A stretch of DNA of 57,804 nt, taken from the IMG/VR virus record IMGVR_UViG_3300045988_015817. One strand, 5' to 3'. This DNA is from a virus. A program made the translations under genes and the position numbers. The number at the start of each line of letters is the position of its first letter. The first letter of the stretch is position 1. The notes beneath the pieces are model-generated. The model made no database searches, had not been told where the DNA came from, and saw only the letters and a list, made by a program, of their open reading frames with translations. This document shows, piece after piece, positions 1 through 7,081 of the stretch.

Positions 1-55
1 CAGCAAACGCATAAGCAATAGCATCGATAACGTCAATAGCTGAATCAGAGAATAC
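1..55. repeat. Exact 55-nt terminal overlap (1..55 = 57750..57804), the circular closure of a ~57,749-bp unit genome
   Basis: Read directly: cagcaaacgcataagcaatagcatcgataacgtcaatagctgaatcagagaatac is present at both window ends, and an ORF reads through the junction. Confidence 0.95.
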
Positions 56-211
56 ACCAGCCGGTCCGTTCTTCTCTAAATATCTAGCAGCATTTAACAC
101 ACTAACACGGCACTCGCTACGGCTGAACATAGCTTCTACATACCGCTCTACTTTTATTTTTTCAAGTTCATACTCTGATAATTTTGGGTTAATAATTTTT
201 AGTTTGCTCAT
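1..211 (-). CDS. Hypothetical protein, 5' part (87 aa in total; continues across the circular junction to the stop at 57697)
   Basis: ATG at 209..211 forms an ATGA overlap with the stop of the 208..762 gene. The frame is open through position 1 and, via the 55-nt overlap, on to TAA at 57697..57699. Confidence 0.6.
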   Translation of the reverse strand, partial: MSKLKIINPKLSEYELEKIKVERYVEAMFSRSECRVSVLNAARYLEKNGPAGVFSDSAIDVIDAIAYAFA

Positions 212-762
212 AGATGAATTTCCTCCTTATAATTTGCATTGAGATACTCGCACATCTGATCCCAAATCTGCATGCGTCTCAAGTTCTTTTTAGTTCCTTT
301 GACCCACCATAAGCCGCCCTCTCCATCCTGCTTATACTGACGTGAAGCACACTTCTTAAGTATTACTTCATCATCCTCGGAGCAGTCAAGATAAAGGCCA
401 AGTGAGTCAACCATTACGTTAAACCAGTGAGGTGTGCGGTCTCCAAATTCGTCATTTCCCATAATGGAATCTTCACATCGAATGGCTAACCCAACCATCA
501 TTTCAAGCCAGGAACACTGCTTATCAAGTAATGCTTGTCTTACTTCTGGATATCTATAACCACACTCATAAGCGAACGTAGAACGGAGATCGACACCGTC
601 CGCAGCCCGGTTGGCGTCAAGTTTATGAGACCACTGGAAGTCAGTTGCGAACAGCCATTTGAAGCCCTGAATGTGCTCATTTTTGGCCGGATCAACGCTA
701 ATTTTATTCAAAAGCCACTCGAAATAGTCCATTTTGACCCTATTTTTGTCGATTTTTATCAT
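208..762 (-). CDS. Hypothetical protein (184 aa)
   Basis: Track ORF 208..822, start moved to ATG 762, which is preceded by an AAAGGAG SD. The TGA stop overlaps the next ATG. Confidence 0.65.
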   Translation of the reverse strand: MIKIDKNRVKMDYFEWLLNKISVDPAKNEHIQGFKWLFATDFQWSHKLDANRAADGVDLRSTFAYECGYRYPEVRQALLDKQCSWLEMMVGLAIRCEDSIMGNDEFGDRTPHWFNVMVDSLGLYLDCSEDDEVILKKCASRQYKQDGEGGLWWVKGTKKNLRRMQIWDQMCEYLNANYKEEIHL

Positions 763-852
763 TTTTCTCCTTTCTAGACTGTTTTTCAGCCTCTTTTTTC
801 GCTCTTTCATATCTGTTGGCACTGTGTAATGTGTCCGGATAATAGTATTTTA

Positions 853-1512
853 TCATAACGTTATCTCCTCTAAGAACTCTTCGTAAGTTACGTCCTCATA
901 CTGGACACAATCAATTTTGATGCCTTCACGAGCATTCTTTACGTACAGCGTGTCTACTTCAAACTCACCGAATGAGTCTAAGTTTTCCTCGCCAAGCATC
1001 TTAATACCGTCTACAATCTCTTCATCGCCGTTCTCAGAATATACTGCATGCTCCTTAGGCAAGTAATTCCATACAACTCTCTTAAGGCCATCATCTTCCA
1101 TATACTCACTAGGATCAATCACAACCGGTCCAATTGCAGAGTCTACCTTATTTTCAACGTCGATCTCGTCGATTTTATCGATGTCTGGAGTCCGGATTTT
1201 GGCATAATTTACTCTTTCGAGCTTAGCATCAGCCTCTTTTTTACCTGTATCTACGCTAGAAATGCTCTTCTGGGTAGCTGAAGCATACTTTTTCAGGGCT
1301 TTTTCAGCATCTTTTTCCAGATTTTCCTCCATTTCCTTAACATCTTTGCTCTTTTTTTCCTCTTTTTTCTGGTGAGCAGCCTCATAATCAGCCTTAAACT
1401 GCTCAATTTCTTTGTCGATGTACTTTTCACAGGCCTGTTTCATGCCAAAATACATACCTACTGCACCTGTAGCTGCTCCTAATACAAAACTTAATACTAC
1501 CTTTCCGCTCAT
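853..1512 (-). CDS. Hypothetical membrane-anchored charged protein (219 aa)
   Basis: N-terminal hydrophobic helix (VVLSFVLGAATGAVGMYFG) followed by a Lys/Glu-rich region. Ends with a TGA-TAA double stop. Confidence 0.75.
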   Translation of the reverse strand: MSGKVVLSFVLGAATGAVGMYFGMKQACEKYIDKEIEQFKADYEAAHQKKEEKKSKDVKEMEENLEKDAEKALKKYASATQKSISSVDTGKKEADAKLERVNYAKIRTPDIDKIDEIDVENKVDSAIGPVVIDPSEYMEDDGLKRVVWNYLPKEHAVYSENGDEEIVDGIKMLGEENLDSFGEFEVDTLYVKNAREGIKIDCVQYEDVTYEEFLEEITL

Positions 1513-1680
1513 TTATTTGCCCTCCTTATTCTCATGTCTACTGATAAATGTGTTAACTAAGCATCTGGCATCTGTACTGAACAAACACCCGTTACATCTG
1601 AAATCTGGATCTCCATTAGACTCCGGGTTCTTATCACAATAATTCTTTTTAAACTCTACTAAACATTCTTTTGCTGTCAT
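1513..1680 (-). CDS. Small Cys-rich protein (55 aa)
   Basis: Hand-translated ORF below the track cutoff. AAGGAGG SD upstream of ATG 1680; TAA at 1513 abuts the next ATG. Five Cys residues, including CNGC. Confidence 0.6.
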   Translation of the reverse strand: MTAKECLVEFKKNYCDKNPESNGDPDFRCNGCLFSTDARCLVNTFISRHENKEGK

Positions 1681-1683
1681 TTT

Positions 1684-2055
1684 TTAATCCTCCTTAAGAT
1701 ACTTAGCATTAGACAAATCAATTGTTAATGATGCACGACAATCTCCACTACTGATAGATACATTGTATCCTGCATTGCCTAAGTAATCTGCAATATTGTT
1801 TGCAATTTTCTTTCCGTCCCTAGTAGCTGTGTCAACACCAAAAGAAACTAAATCAATTGAGATCTCATAGTCACATGTTTTAGGGCTCATATCGGCACCT
1901 AAAATCTGAACATCACGGAAATCTTCGATAGAACCGTCAAGGGATTTCCAAAAGCTATTACGACACGAATTGCAATAGTAGCAATATCCTTTAACACCGT
2001 CAATATTTTTCATTGGGATCGATCCTACTTTTCCACCGCACTTAGCGCATCTCAT
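1684..2055 (-). CDS. Zinc-ribbon protein (123 aa)
   Basis: N-terminal CAKCGG ... CYYCNSC gives two CxxC pairs. SD-led, with an ATGA overlap with the upstream gene. Confidence 0.75.
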   Translation of the reverse strand: MRCAKCGGKVGSIPMKNIDGVKGYCYYCNSCRNSFWKSLDGSIEDFRDVQILGADMSPKTCDYEISIDLVSFGVDTATRDGKKIANNIADYLGNAGYNVSISSGDCRASLTIDLSNAKYLKED

Positions 2056-2348
2056 TTTGACTCCTCCTGTTCTTCCGGCTTAATCCAAGATACCAGCAAT
2101 GCAGGATAACGCTTGTCTCCAGAAATTACAGAATGATATCCTAAGCTTCTTAAATATCCAATGATTGCCATAGTTATTTTGCGGCTTTCGTCTTCAGAAA
2201 TATCAAATCCACGGGCTGCAAGTTTAATAGAAACATTGTAATTACCTGCTTTAGCTTCTTCTAAAATCTTCCGTTCAATCTCGTCGAGATATTCTTGGCA
2301 CTCATTATTTACAAAACTTATACTATAAGCTTCTTTTGCACTAATCAT
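2052..2348 (-). CDS. Hypothetical protein (98 aa)
   Basis: Track ORF with ATGA overlaps on both sides. Confidence 0.75.
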   Translation of the reverse strand: MISAKEAYSISFVNNECQEYLDEIERKILEEAKAGNYNVSIKLAARGFDISEDESRKITMAIIGYLRSLGYHSVISGDKRYPALLVSWIKPEEQEESK

Positions 2349-2521
2349 CTCCTCTTACCTCTCTTTCTGTTTACCATAGCCATACCGAAATCCTGCACTA
2401 GTACATACTCCTTATTTGGATCAGCGAGAGGCCATTCAGTATGGTTCCAAGCCTCATATACTTTACGATTTGACTGGTTCTTATCTACACGAATATTATG
2501 TGTTACATTTGTCTCTTTCAT
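2345..2521 (-). CDS. Small hypothetical protein (58 aa)
   Basis: Hand-translated ORF with a GGAGGAGTCAAAATG start context and ATGA overlaps with both neighbours. Confidence 0.55.
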   Translation of the reverse strand: MKETNVTHNIRVDKNQSNRKVYEAWNHTEWPLADPNKEYVLVQDFGMAMVNRKRGKRR

Positions 2522-2679
2522 TTTGACTCCTCCATTTTAGTGTACGGGTTATCTTTACAATGATACCTGCATGCTCCCTGATTTCTTACCTGAATATAAC
2601 ATTCATCGAAGTAAGGACATGCTAACTCTTCTTCAGTATACGTACGATCGTCCCTAGATGTATGTTCAAATTCCTGCAT
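2518..2679 (-). CDS. Small Cys-containing protein (53 aa)
   Basis: Hand-translated ORF with a TAAGGAGG SD. Contains CPYFDEC ... CRYHC. The TGA stop overlaps the next ATG. Confidence 0.55.
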   Translation of the reverse strand: MQEFEHTSRDDRTYTEEELACPYFDECYIQVRNQGACRYHCKDNPYTKMEESK

Positions 2680-2689
2680 AATAACCTCC

Positions 2690-2875
2690 TTAATGCAAAT
2701 CTACTGACCATGATACAGCTATGCACATTCCGATGATAATAATCACAAATTCTGAAATCAAGTCAATATCATGTTTCTTGAAAATACATTTTACGGTATG
2801 TACCACACCAGCAAACATAAGACCGCCTAAAATGAATAAGCTCAAAGTTCTGAAAAATATAAACACGCTATTCAA
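2690..2875 (-). CDS. Small two-helix membrane protein (61 aa; start uncertain)
   Basis: Two hydrophobic segments. The track start is a TTG that overlaps the upstream stop, and the SD is weak. Confidence 0.5.
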   Translation of the reverse strand: MNSVFIFFRTLSLFILGGLMFAGVVHTVKCIFKKHDIDLISEFVIIIIGMCIAVSWSVDLH

Positions 2876-3018
2876 TTCTAATCACCGTCCCTGTCTGAAA
2901 GTTGGCATAATACTTATGGTGCTTGTATATAACGATGTCGCCGTCCCAATCGCCACCAGTGTGAAACAGTTTGTGCAAGATAGCTGGTTTTCTGAACCAA
3001 TCGATAATTCTCTTCATT
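2869..3018 (-). CDS. Small hypothetical protein (49 aa)
   Basis: Hand-translated ORF with an AGGAGGAAATTAAAATG start context. Confidence 0.5.
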
Positions 3019-3037
3019 TTAATTTCCTCCTAATTTT

Positions 3038-3128
3038 CGAAAAATGAAAGGAGATGCAAACGGGATATGAACCCGCATCTCTGGTATAGGGTATACCAGT
3101 GCACTGCTATTGTGCTACTACGCATCTC
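3038..3128 (-). ncRNA. Structured, cloverleaf-like leader or small RNA (~80 nt) ending in a U-tract; not a canonical tRNA by eye
   Basis: A closing helix GAGATGC/GCATCTC (3122..3128 with 3051..3057) encloses three hairpins: GCAC..GTGC, TGGTATA-CCC-TATACCA and CGGG-TTCATAT-CCCG. It is followed by UUUCAUUUUU and starts at the predicted TSS of promoter 3131..3159. Confidence 0.3.
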
Positions 3129-3130
3129 TT

Positions 3131-3159
3131 CTCATTATAAGCTTTGTTTTTTATGCGAG
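3131..3159 (-). promoter_or_regulatory. Promoter-like motif copy a (TCGCA-N14-TATAATGAG family)
   Basis: Minus strand reads ctcgcataaaaaacaaagctTATAATgag, immediately after the stop of the 3160..3426 gene. Confidence 0.5.
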
Positions 3160-3426
3160 TTATTCAGGTTTGTTCATTGGAAAGTTTTCATCCCTAGACA
3201 TTTTTATCCAGTTGTAGAATCGCTCAAAGCAATTAGGGCAAAGATCCATAACTGCTGGCATGTCAGTAAGCTTATCGCCACTCTGTGTGCTTAACTGAGA
3301 AGCTGACGCCGGAAACTTGTTTTCTCCAGCTTTGTTTTTCCACCATACAGTAATGCCATCATATACCGGGTTCTCTTTTTCACAGTATACATTACCACAT
3401 AAATCGCATTTACAAATTCCTCTCAT
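3160..3426 (-). CDS. Zinc-ribbon protein (88 aa), paralog of 3426..3677
   Basis: Contains CKCDLCG ... CPNCF. AAGGAGG SD and a TAATG junction. Confidence 0.75.
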   Translation of the reverse strand: MRGICKCDLCGNVYCEKENPVYDGITVWWKNKAGENKFPASASQLSTQSGDKLTDMPAVMDLCPNCFERFYNWIKMSRDENFPMNKPE

Positions 3427-3677
3427 TATTTGTTCTCCTCCTTAAATGATTTAATCCAGTCACAGAACCGTCCAAAGCAGGCAGGACATACATCCATCAT
3501 CTCTGGAGATCCTTTCATTGTTTCTCCATTCGGTTCAATAATATCATACTTTCGGTTTCCATGCATAGTAGTGCCAGTCTCTTGATCAGTATACCAAATC
3601 ATGATTCCATCATAGTTCTTGTTCTCATCTTGGTGATACACTTTTCCACAAATATCACATTTACAAAATCCAATCAT
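3426..3677 (-). CDS. Zinc-ribbon protein (83 aa), paralog of 3160..3426
   Basis: Track ORF 3426..3947 trimmed to ATG 3677 (AAGGGGGG SD). Begins MIGFCKCDICGK and contains CPACF. The longer N-terminal extension would overlap the 3691..4161 gene. Confidence 0.7.
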   Translation of the reverse strand: MIGFCKCDICGKVYHQDENKNYDGIMIWYTDQETGTTMHGNRKYDIIEPNGETMKGSPEMMDVCPACFGRFCDWIKSFKEENK

Positions 3678-3690
3678 ACCTAGACCCCCC

Positions 3691-4161
3691 TTAAAATTCC
3701 TTATAGTATTTTGACGTAAGCTTCTTGATTTTCTTAACAAATGACTTACTCTTGCCACTTTTAGCATAGCTAGTTTTGTCAGTATAATCTTCAAAATCAA
3801 TATCGTATTCACTGCAATAGTTCCATGTAGAAGTAACATATACACTTTCCATAACGTTTCCGCCATAAGCATTTGATGCTGTATAATCCACCTTCCAAGT
3901 GATTGTCCTGTAGCCATCAAGAATTCCACACGCTTCATATACTTCAAAGTTATCTTTATTTAGCACATATTTAACCTTACTAATTTTCTTTATTTTAAAT
4001 GAATCTGGGTTTAACAGTTCACTATCCTGGAAAACAGCCAGTGTATAAGCTAAATTCTTATCTGCCTTGGTATATTTAGTTTTGGCGTTTACTGGTTGAA
4101 CCATAGTTAAGCACATAATAATCGAAAGTAATAAGCATAATCCTTTAGTAATTTTCTTCAT
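3691..4161 (-). CDS. Secreted or exported protein with signal peptide (156 aa)
   Basis: Start set at MKKITKG (GAGGAG SD). Signal-like segment LCLLLSIIMCLTMVQPVNA. Confidence 0.75.
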   Translation of the reverse strand: MKKITKGLCLLLSIIMCLTMVQPVNAKTKYTKADKNLAYTLAVFQDSELLNPDSFKIKKISKVKYVLNKDNFEVYEACGILDGYRTITWKVDYTASNAYGGNVMESVYVTSTWNYCSEYDIDFEDYTDKTSYAKSGKSKSFVKKIKKLTSKYYKEF

Positions 4162-4555
4162 TTTTATTCTCCTCTTCTTCACGTCTCTGGCACAGAAAGT
4201 CATTTAACTGAATAAGTATTTTCTTTTCAATCGTATCTCCGATACCAGGTATGGTTGTGAGTCTGTTATGCTTGACCCACTCAGTTAATTCATTAAGATC
4301 CTTAGCACCTCTCTTAACTAAGAATTTTCTGGTTCGAGGTGTAATAGACTGTAAATATCTGAGATCGTATGGATCTTTATAGACTTCTTCACCACGGAAT
4401 AGCCGTACCTTAGTAATTATCTCATATATTCGCTGTGTAGAGACATATTCGTCCATCGCTATCATGCGAACGCTGTCTCCACTCTGCCAACGCTTGAATA
4501 TTGCCAGATCGCGTTCCGTTACAGTCCAGTTACTCATTTTTCTTTTGTCGCACAT
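4145..4555 (-). CDS. DNA-binding protein: sigma region-4-like HTH plus helix-hairpin-helix (RNAP alpha-CTD-like) (136 aa)
   Basis: ERDLAIFKRWQSGDSVRMIAMDEYVSTQRIYEIITKVR resembles a sigma-70 region 4 HTH. LTTIPGIGDTIEKKI is a GIG-type HhH motif. Confidence 0.6.
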   Translation of the reverse strand: MCDKRKMSNWTVTERDLAIFKRWQSGDSVRMIAMDEYVSTQRIYEIITKVRLFRGEEVYKDPYDLRYLQSITPRTRKFLVKRGAKDLNELTEWVKHNRLTTIPGIGDTIEKKILIQLNDFLCQRREEEENKNEENY

Positions 4556-4569
4556 AGAAGTACCCCCCT

Positions 4570-5262
4570 TTAATCAATTACTTTCTTTATAGCAATATCA
4601 ATAGTTTTCTGTATTGGTGTGGCAACATCAGTCACATTGTCAAGATCACTCTTTGTCACAGAGATGCTGAATACCAGGTTATTCTTGCTGGATTCGAAAT
4701 GAATTCCTACAGCCGTCATGTAAACCTCCAACTCAACACCGGTCTCTGACTTAATAGCATTCAGATCCTTGAAGACAGCGGAAACATTGTCGAACATATT
4801 TGTTACAATATCATGCGCTACGCTATCGTCTTTAGAGAAGTTAACAGTTGCTCTAACAGTTGTGATCTCAATGCTTGCTTTCATCAGAGTCTTTGTATTG
4901 ATCTCGTTGATATATGCATAGATGTCTGATATATCTTTAGTTACACAGTCGGTTGAGAATTCCTTCTGAACTTCATCCTCGATCTCGAACACCAGGTATA
5001 CACACATACTCTCGACATCTTGATGCAATCCAATGTCAGAAATTCCATAGATCTTAGACTTTAAGTCGTGAATACCAAAAGCTTCCAGGATTTCTTTTTC
5101 TGCTTCAACTCCTAAACAACGATTAAAGAGTTCGATGTATATAACATTGCCTGATAAGACTCCATAGTTACTTTTAGCAATCGTATAGAGTCTATCAATT
5201 AGTTTATTGACCGAACTCTTTTCATATGGAAGCATGTCGCACTTTAAATAAACTTCTTTCAT
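4570..5262 (-). CDS. Hypothetical protein (230 aa); C-terminus paralogous to 5276..5548
   Basis: SD-led track ORF. C-terminal SKNNLVFSISVTKSDLD..TPIQKTIDIAIKKVID matches SKDNLVYRIIIPKFTLD..IPIENTL in the neighbouring gene. Confidence 0.8.
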   Translation of the reverse strand: MKEVYLKCDMLPYEKSSVNKLIDRLYTIAKSNYGVLSGNVIYIELFNRCLGVEAEKEILEAFGIHDLKSKIYGISDIGLHQDVESMCVYLVFEIEDEVQKEFSTDCVTKDISDIYAYINEINTKTLMKASIEITTVRATVNFSKDDSVAHDIVTNMFDNVSAVFKDLNAIKSETGVELEVYMTAVGIHFESSKNNLVFSISVTKSDLDNVTDVATPIQKTIDIAIKKVID

Positions 5263-5275
5263 TTTTATTTCCTCC

Positions 5276-5548
5276 TTAATCCATCATTTTTCTCATAACA
5301 GCACACAGTGTGTTCTCAATTGGAATCGTTATATCTACAGCTTCGTCGAGTGTAAACTTCGGAATAATAATCCGGTATACAAGGTTGTCCTTAGAAGCTT
5401 CAATTTCTATACCGTCGGTTGTAATTTTAGCAGCTATTTTGACATCTGTCTTCTCCTGAAGTTCATTAAGTCTTGCATAGACTTTTGCAAATGCCTCAGC
5501 AGCTTTACTATTGTCGATATTTTCTTCATTGTATATTGCGTTCTTCAT
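5276..5548 (-). CDS. Hypothetical protein (90 aa), paralog of the C-terminal domain of 4570..5262
   Basis: Track ORF 5276..5587 trimmed to MKNAIYN, which is preceded by AAGGAGAAAAAGAAATG. Confidence 0.7.
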   Translation of the reverse strand: MKNAIYNEENIDNSKAAEAFAKVYARLNELQEKTDVKIAAKITTDGIEIEASKDNLVYRIIIPKFTLDEAVDITIPIENTLCAVMRKMMD

Positions 5549-5685
5549 TTCTTTTTCTCCTTCTTTACAAATATATTTGCCAGACATTCACTGCATAAGT
5601 TTTGCATTGGCACGCCTTGAAAGAACTCTAACTCTGTGAGCTCGTTTTCCTCACATTGCTCACCGCATCCATCACATCTATACAC
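5545..5685 (-). CDS. Small zinc-ribbon protein (46 aa, GTG start)
   Basis: Hand-translated ORF. AGGAGG lies 6 nt upstream of the GTG. Contains CDGCGEQC ... CSEC. The TGA stop overlaps the next ATG. Confidence 0.45.
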   Translation of the reverse strand: MYRCDGCGEQCEENELTELEFFQGVPMQNLCSECLANIFVKKEKKK

Positions 5686-6016
5686 CTGTAGCCTCCTTAT
5701 AGAACTTATTAGCGCCATAAACTTTGTTGAGCATCTTTTTCATTTCCTCGGCTGTCATAGATCCTATGTCACTTTTATTGCTTCCTACAGGCTGACCGAT
5801 GTATGCGATGACTGGTTTTCCTTTGAACTTAAGCTGTCCGTCCATAGTCAGTTCGGTATTGTACTTGTAAAACGCATGATCTTTAAAATACTCTACAATG
5901 GCATCCATATGCTCATGCTTGATTACAACGGCGTCTGCATCTGGGTTCTTATTATATTCTGTTGTTACAGCGATTGAAGCGCTTGCTATAAAACATATTT
6001 TACTCATGTTTCTCAT
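5678..6016 (-). CDS. Hypothetical protein (112 aa; start could be the second ATG)
   Basis: Track ORF with a GGAAGGAG SD just upstream. Confidence 0.7.
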   Translation of the reverse strand: MRNMSKICFIASASIAVTTEYNKNPDADAVVIKHEHMDAIVEYFKDHAFYKYNTELTMDGQLKFKGKPVIAYIGQPVGSNKSDIGSMTAEEMKKMLNKVYGANKFYKEATGV

Positions 6017-6111
6017 TTTCTCCTTCCTACGGTCCTAGACCGCCCTTAGTAGCACCACTGCTGCCAAGGGTAATCTAATACACCGTCCCTAAACATTATC
6101 TGTTCGTCAAT

Positions 6112-7080
6112 TCATCTCTGTGATACTTCGCCGTAAATGCAGCCATCACAGTTGAAGTCGATCAGTAATGTTCTCTCATTTTCACCAGTTTCCTCATTCG
6201 GAATCATAACCCACTTGGTCAGGAATGTTACATTGTTGTCGAACTTACCATAGTCCGGATCTTTCTGGCTTCTGTATCTCCAACCATGAGTAAGACCAAT
6301 ATCAGTAGGCTTCAGACCGATCATACGGTATACGTCGTTCAGTGTCAGGATTCCTTCGCATTTTAACCGTGTGTCTGCTTCCTTCTCACGCTGTGCGAGC
6401 ATGAACTCATTCTGAGGATTGTCGTTGAACCACTCAGTAGAGTTCTCACGTGTGAAGAGTCGTGCATATGGTGAACCGCCGAAGTTTCTAATGATCTCCT
6501 GCTCTTCAGTTACTTTCTTCTTTTCACCTGTCTCTGGATCTGTCTCAGTCTTCTTGACTGTTTTCTTTTCAGAACCATATAACATTTCTTTGTCAACTTC
6601 CTCACCATATTTGTTGATTACATTCTGACGGTAAGTCTTATAAGCCTGAGCAATTGCCGCACAGGATGCTGCTAATGCTGCCTGACGCTGTTTCATAATG
6701 TGATGAGATCCAAGAATGAGTCCGATAGATACTGTCTCGAGAATTACAGGACCTGCATAAAGCTTGATATACTCTAATACTGTTTTACGCTGTAACAGAA
6801 CCATATCGTTTGCTGCAGTCTCTCTTGTGTACGGCTTATTGAGGGAATCCGGATCTTCTTCGTACATTGCTGCTTTTTCTGCAATATTCTTTTTGATAGC
6901 TTCTTCATTTGCCTTTACTTCTGACACTTTAAGTGTAGCTCTCTGTGTCATGATCAGAGCTCCAATACCTGCTCCGATTCCTGCAAATAACATGATTTCT
7001 GGTGAGTTCATTTTGGTCCAGGCCTTAGTATGACCTACTACTGTTGATAAACTTGTTACTGCTGTGTCTAATGCTTTCAT
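6112..7080 (-). CDS. Membrane-anchored protein, member 1 of a three-member paralog family (322 aa)
   Basis: Start moved to MKALDT (AGGAGG SD). Has an N-terminal TM helix and a layout and C-terminal G-W motif shared with 10212..11042 and 11058..11903. Confidence 0.8.
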   Translation of the reverse strand: MKALDTAVTSLSTVVGHTKAWTKMNSPEIMLFAGIGAGIGALIMTQRATLKVSEVKANEEAIKKNIAEKAAMYEEDPDSLNKPYTRETAANDMVLLQRKTVLEYIKLYAGPVILETVSIGLILGSHHIMKQRQAALAASCAAIAQAYKTYRQNVINKYGEEVDKEMLYGSEKKTVKKTETDPETGEKKKVTEEQEIIRNFGGSPYARLFTRENSTEWFNDNPQNEFMLAQREKEADTRLKCEGILTLNDVYRMIGLKPTDIGLTHGWRYRSQKDPDYGKFDNNVTFLTKWVMIPNEETGENERTLLIDFNCDGCIYGEVSQR

Positions 7081-7081
7081 T

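Noticed and set aside
3050-3128. Canonical tRNA gene, possibly a suppressor that could explain the in-frame TGAs
   Set aside because: The element has a tRNA-like size and a four-way junction. However, there is a 6-nt connector instead of 2 nt after the acceptor stem, and 3 extra nt between the 'T-arm' and the acceptor. The middle hairpin has a 7-bp stem with a CCC triloop; if it is forced into a 7-nt loop, the anticodon is CCC with A at position 33. There is no GG in the 'D-loop', and position 58 of the T-loop is U. No UCA anticodon can be placed. It is kept only as a structured RNA candidate.
3678-3947. The long N-terminal extension of track ORF 3426..3947 (173 aa)
   Set aside because: The extension overlaps the signal-peptide protein gene at 3691..4161 in another frame and looks like a shadow frame. 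The internal ATG at 3677 has a strong SD and yields an 83-aa protein that aligns end to end with its paralog at 3160..3426.
6046-6114. Possible 22-codon readthrough extension after the TGA stop of the 6112..7080 gene (..SQR-TGA-IDEQIMFRDGVLDYPWQQWCY)
   Set aside because: An open run of ~21 codons after a stop is expected by chance about one time in three. There is no feature such as a missing SD on a downstream gene that requires it.
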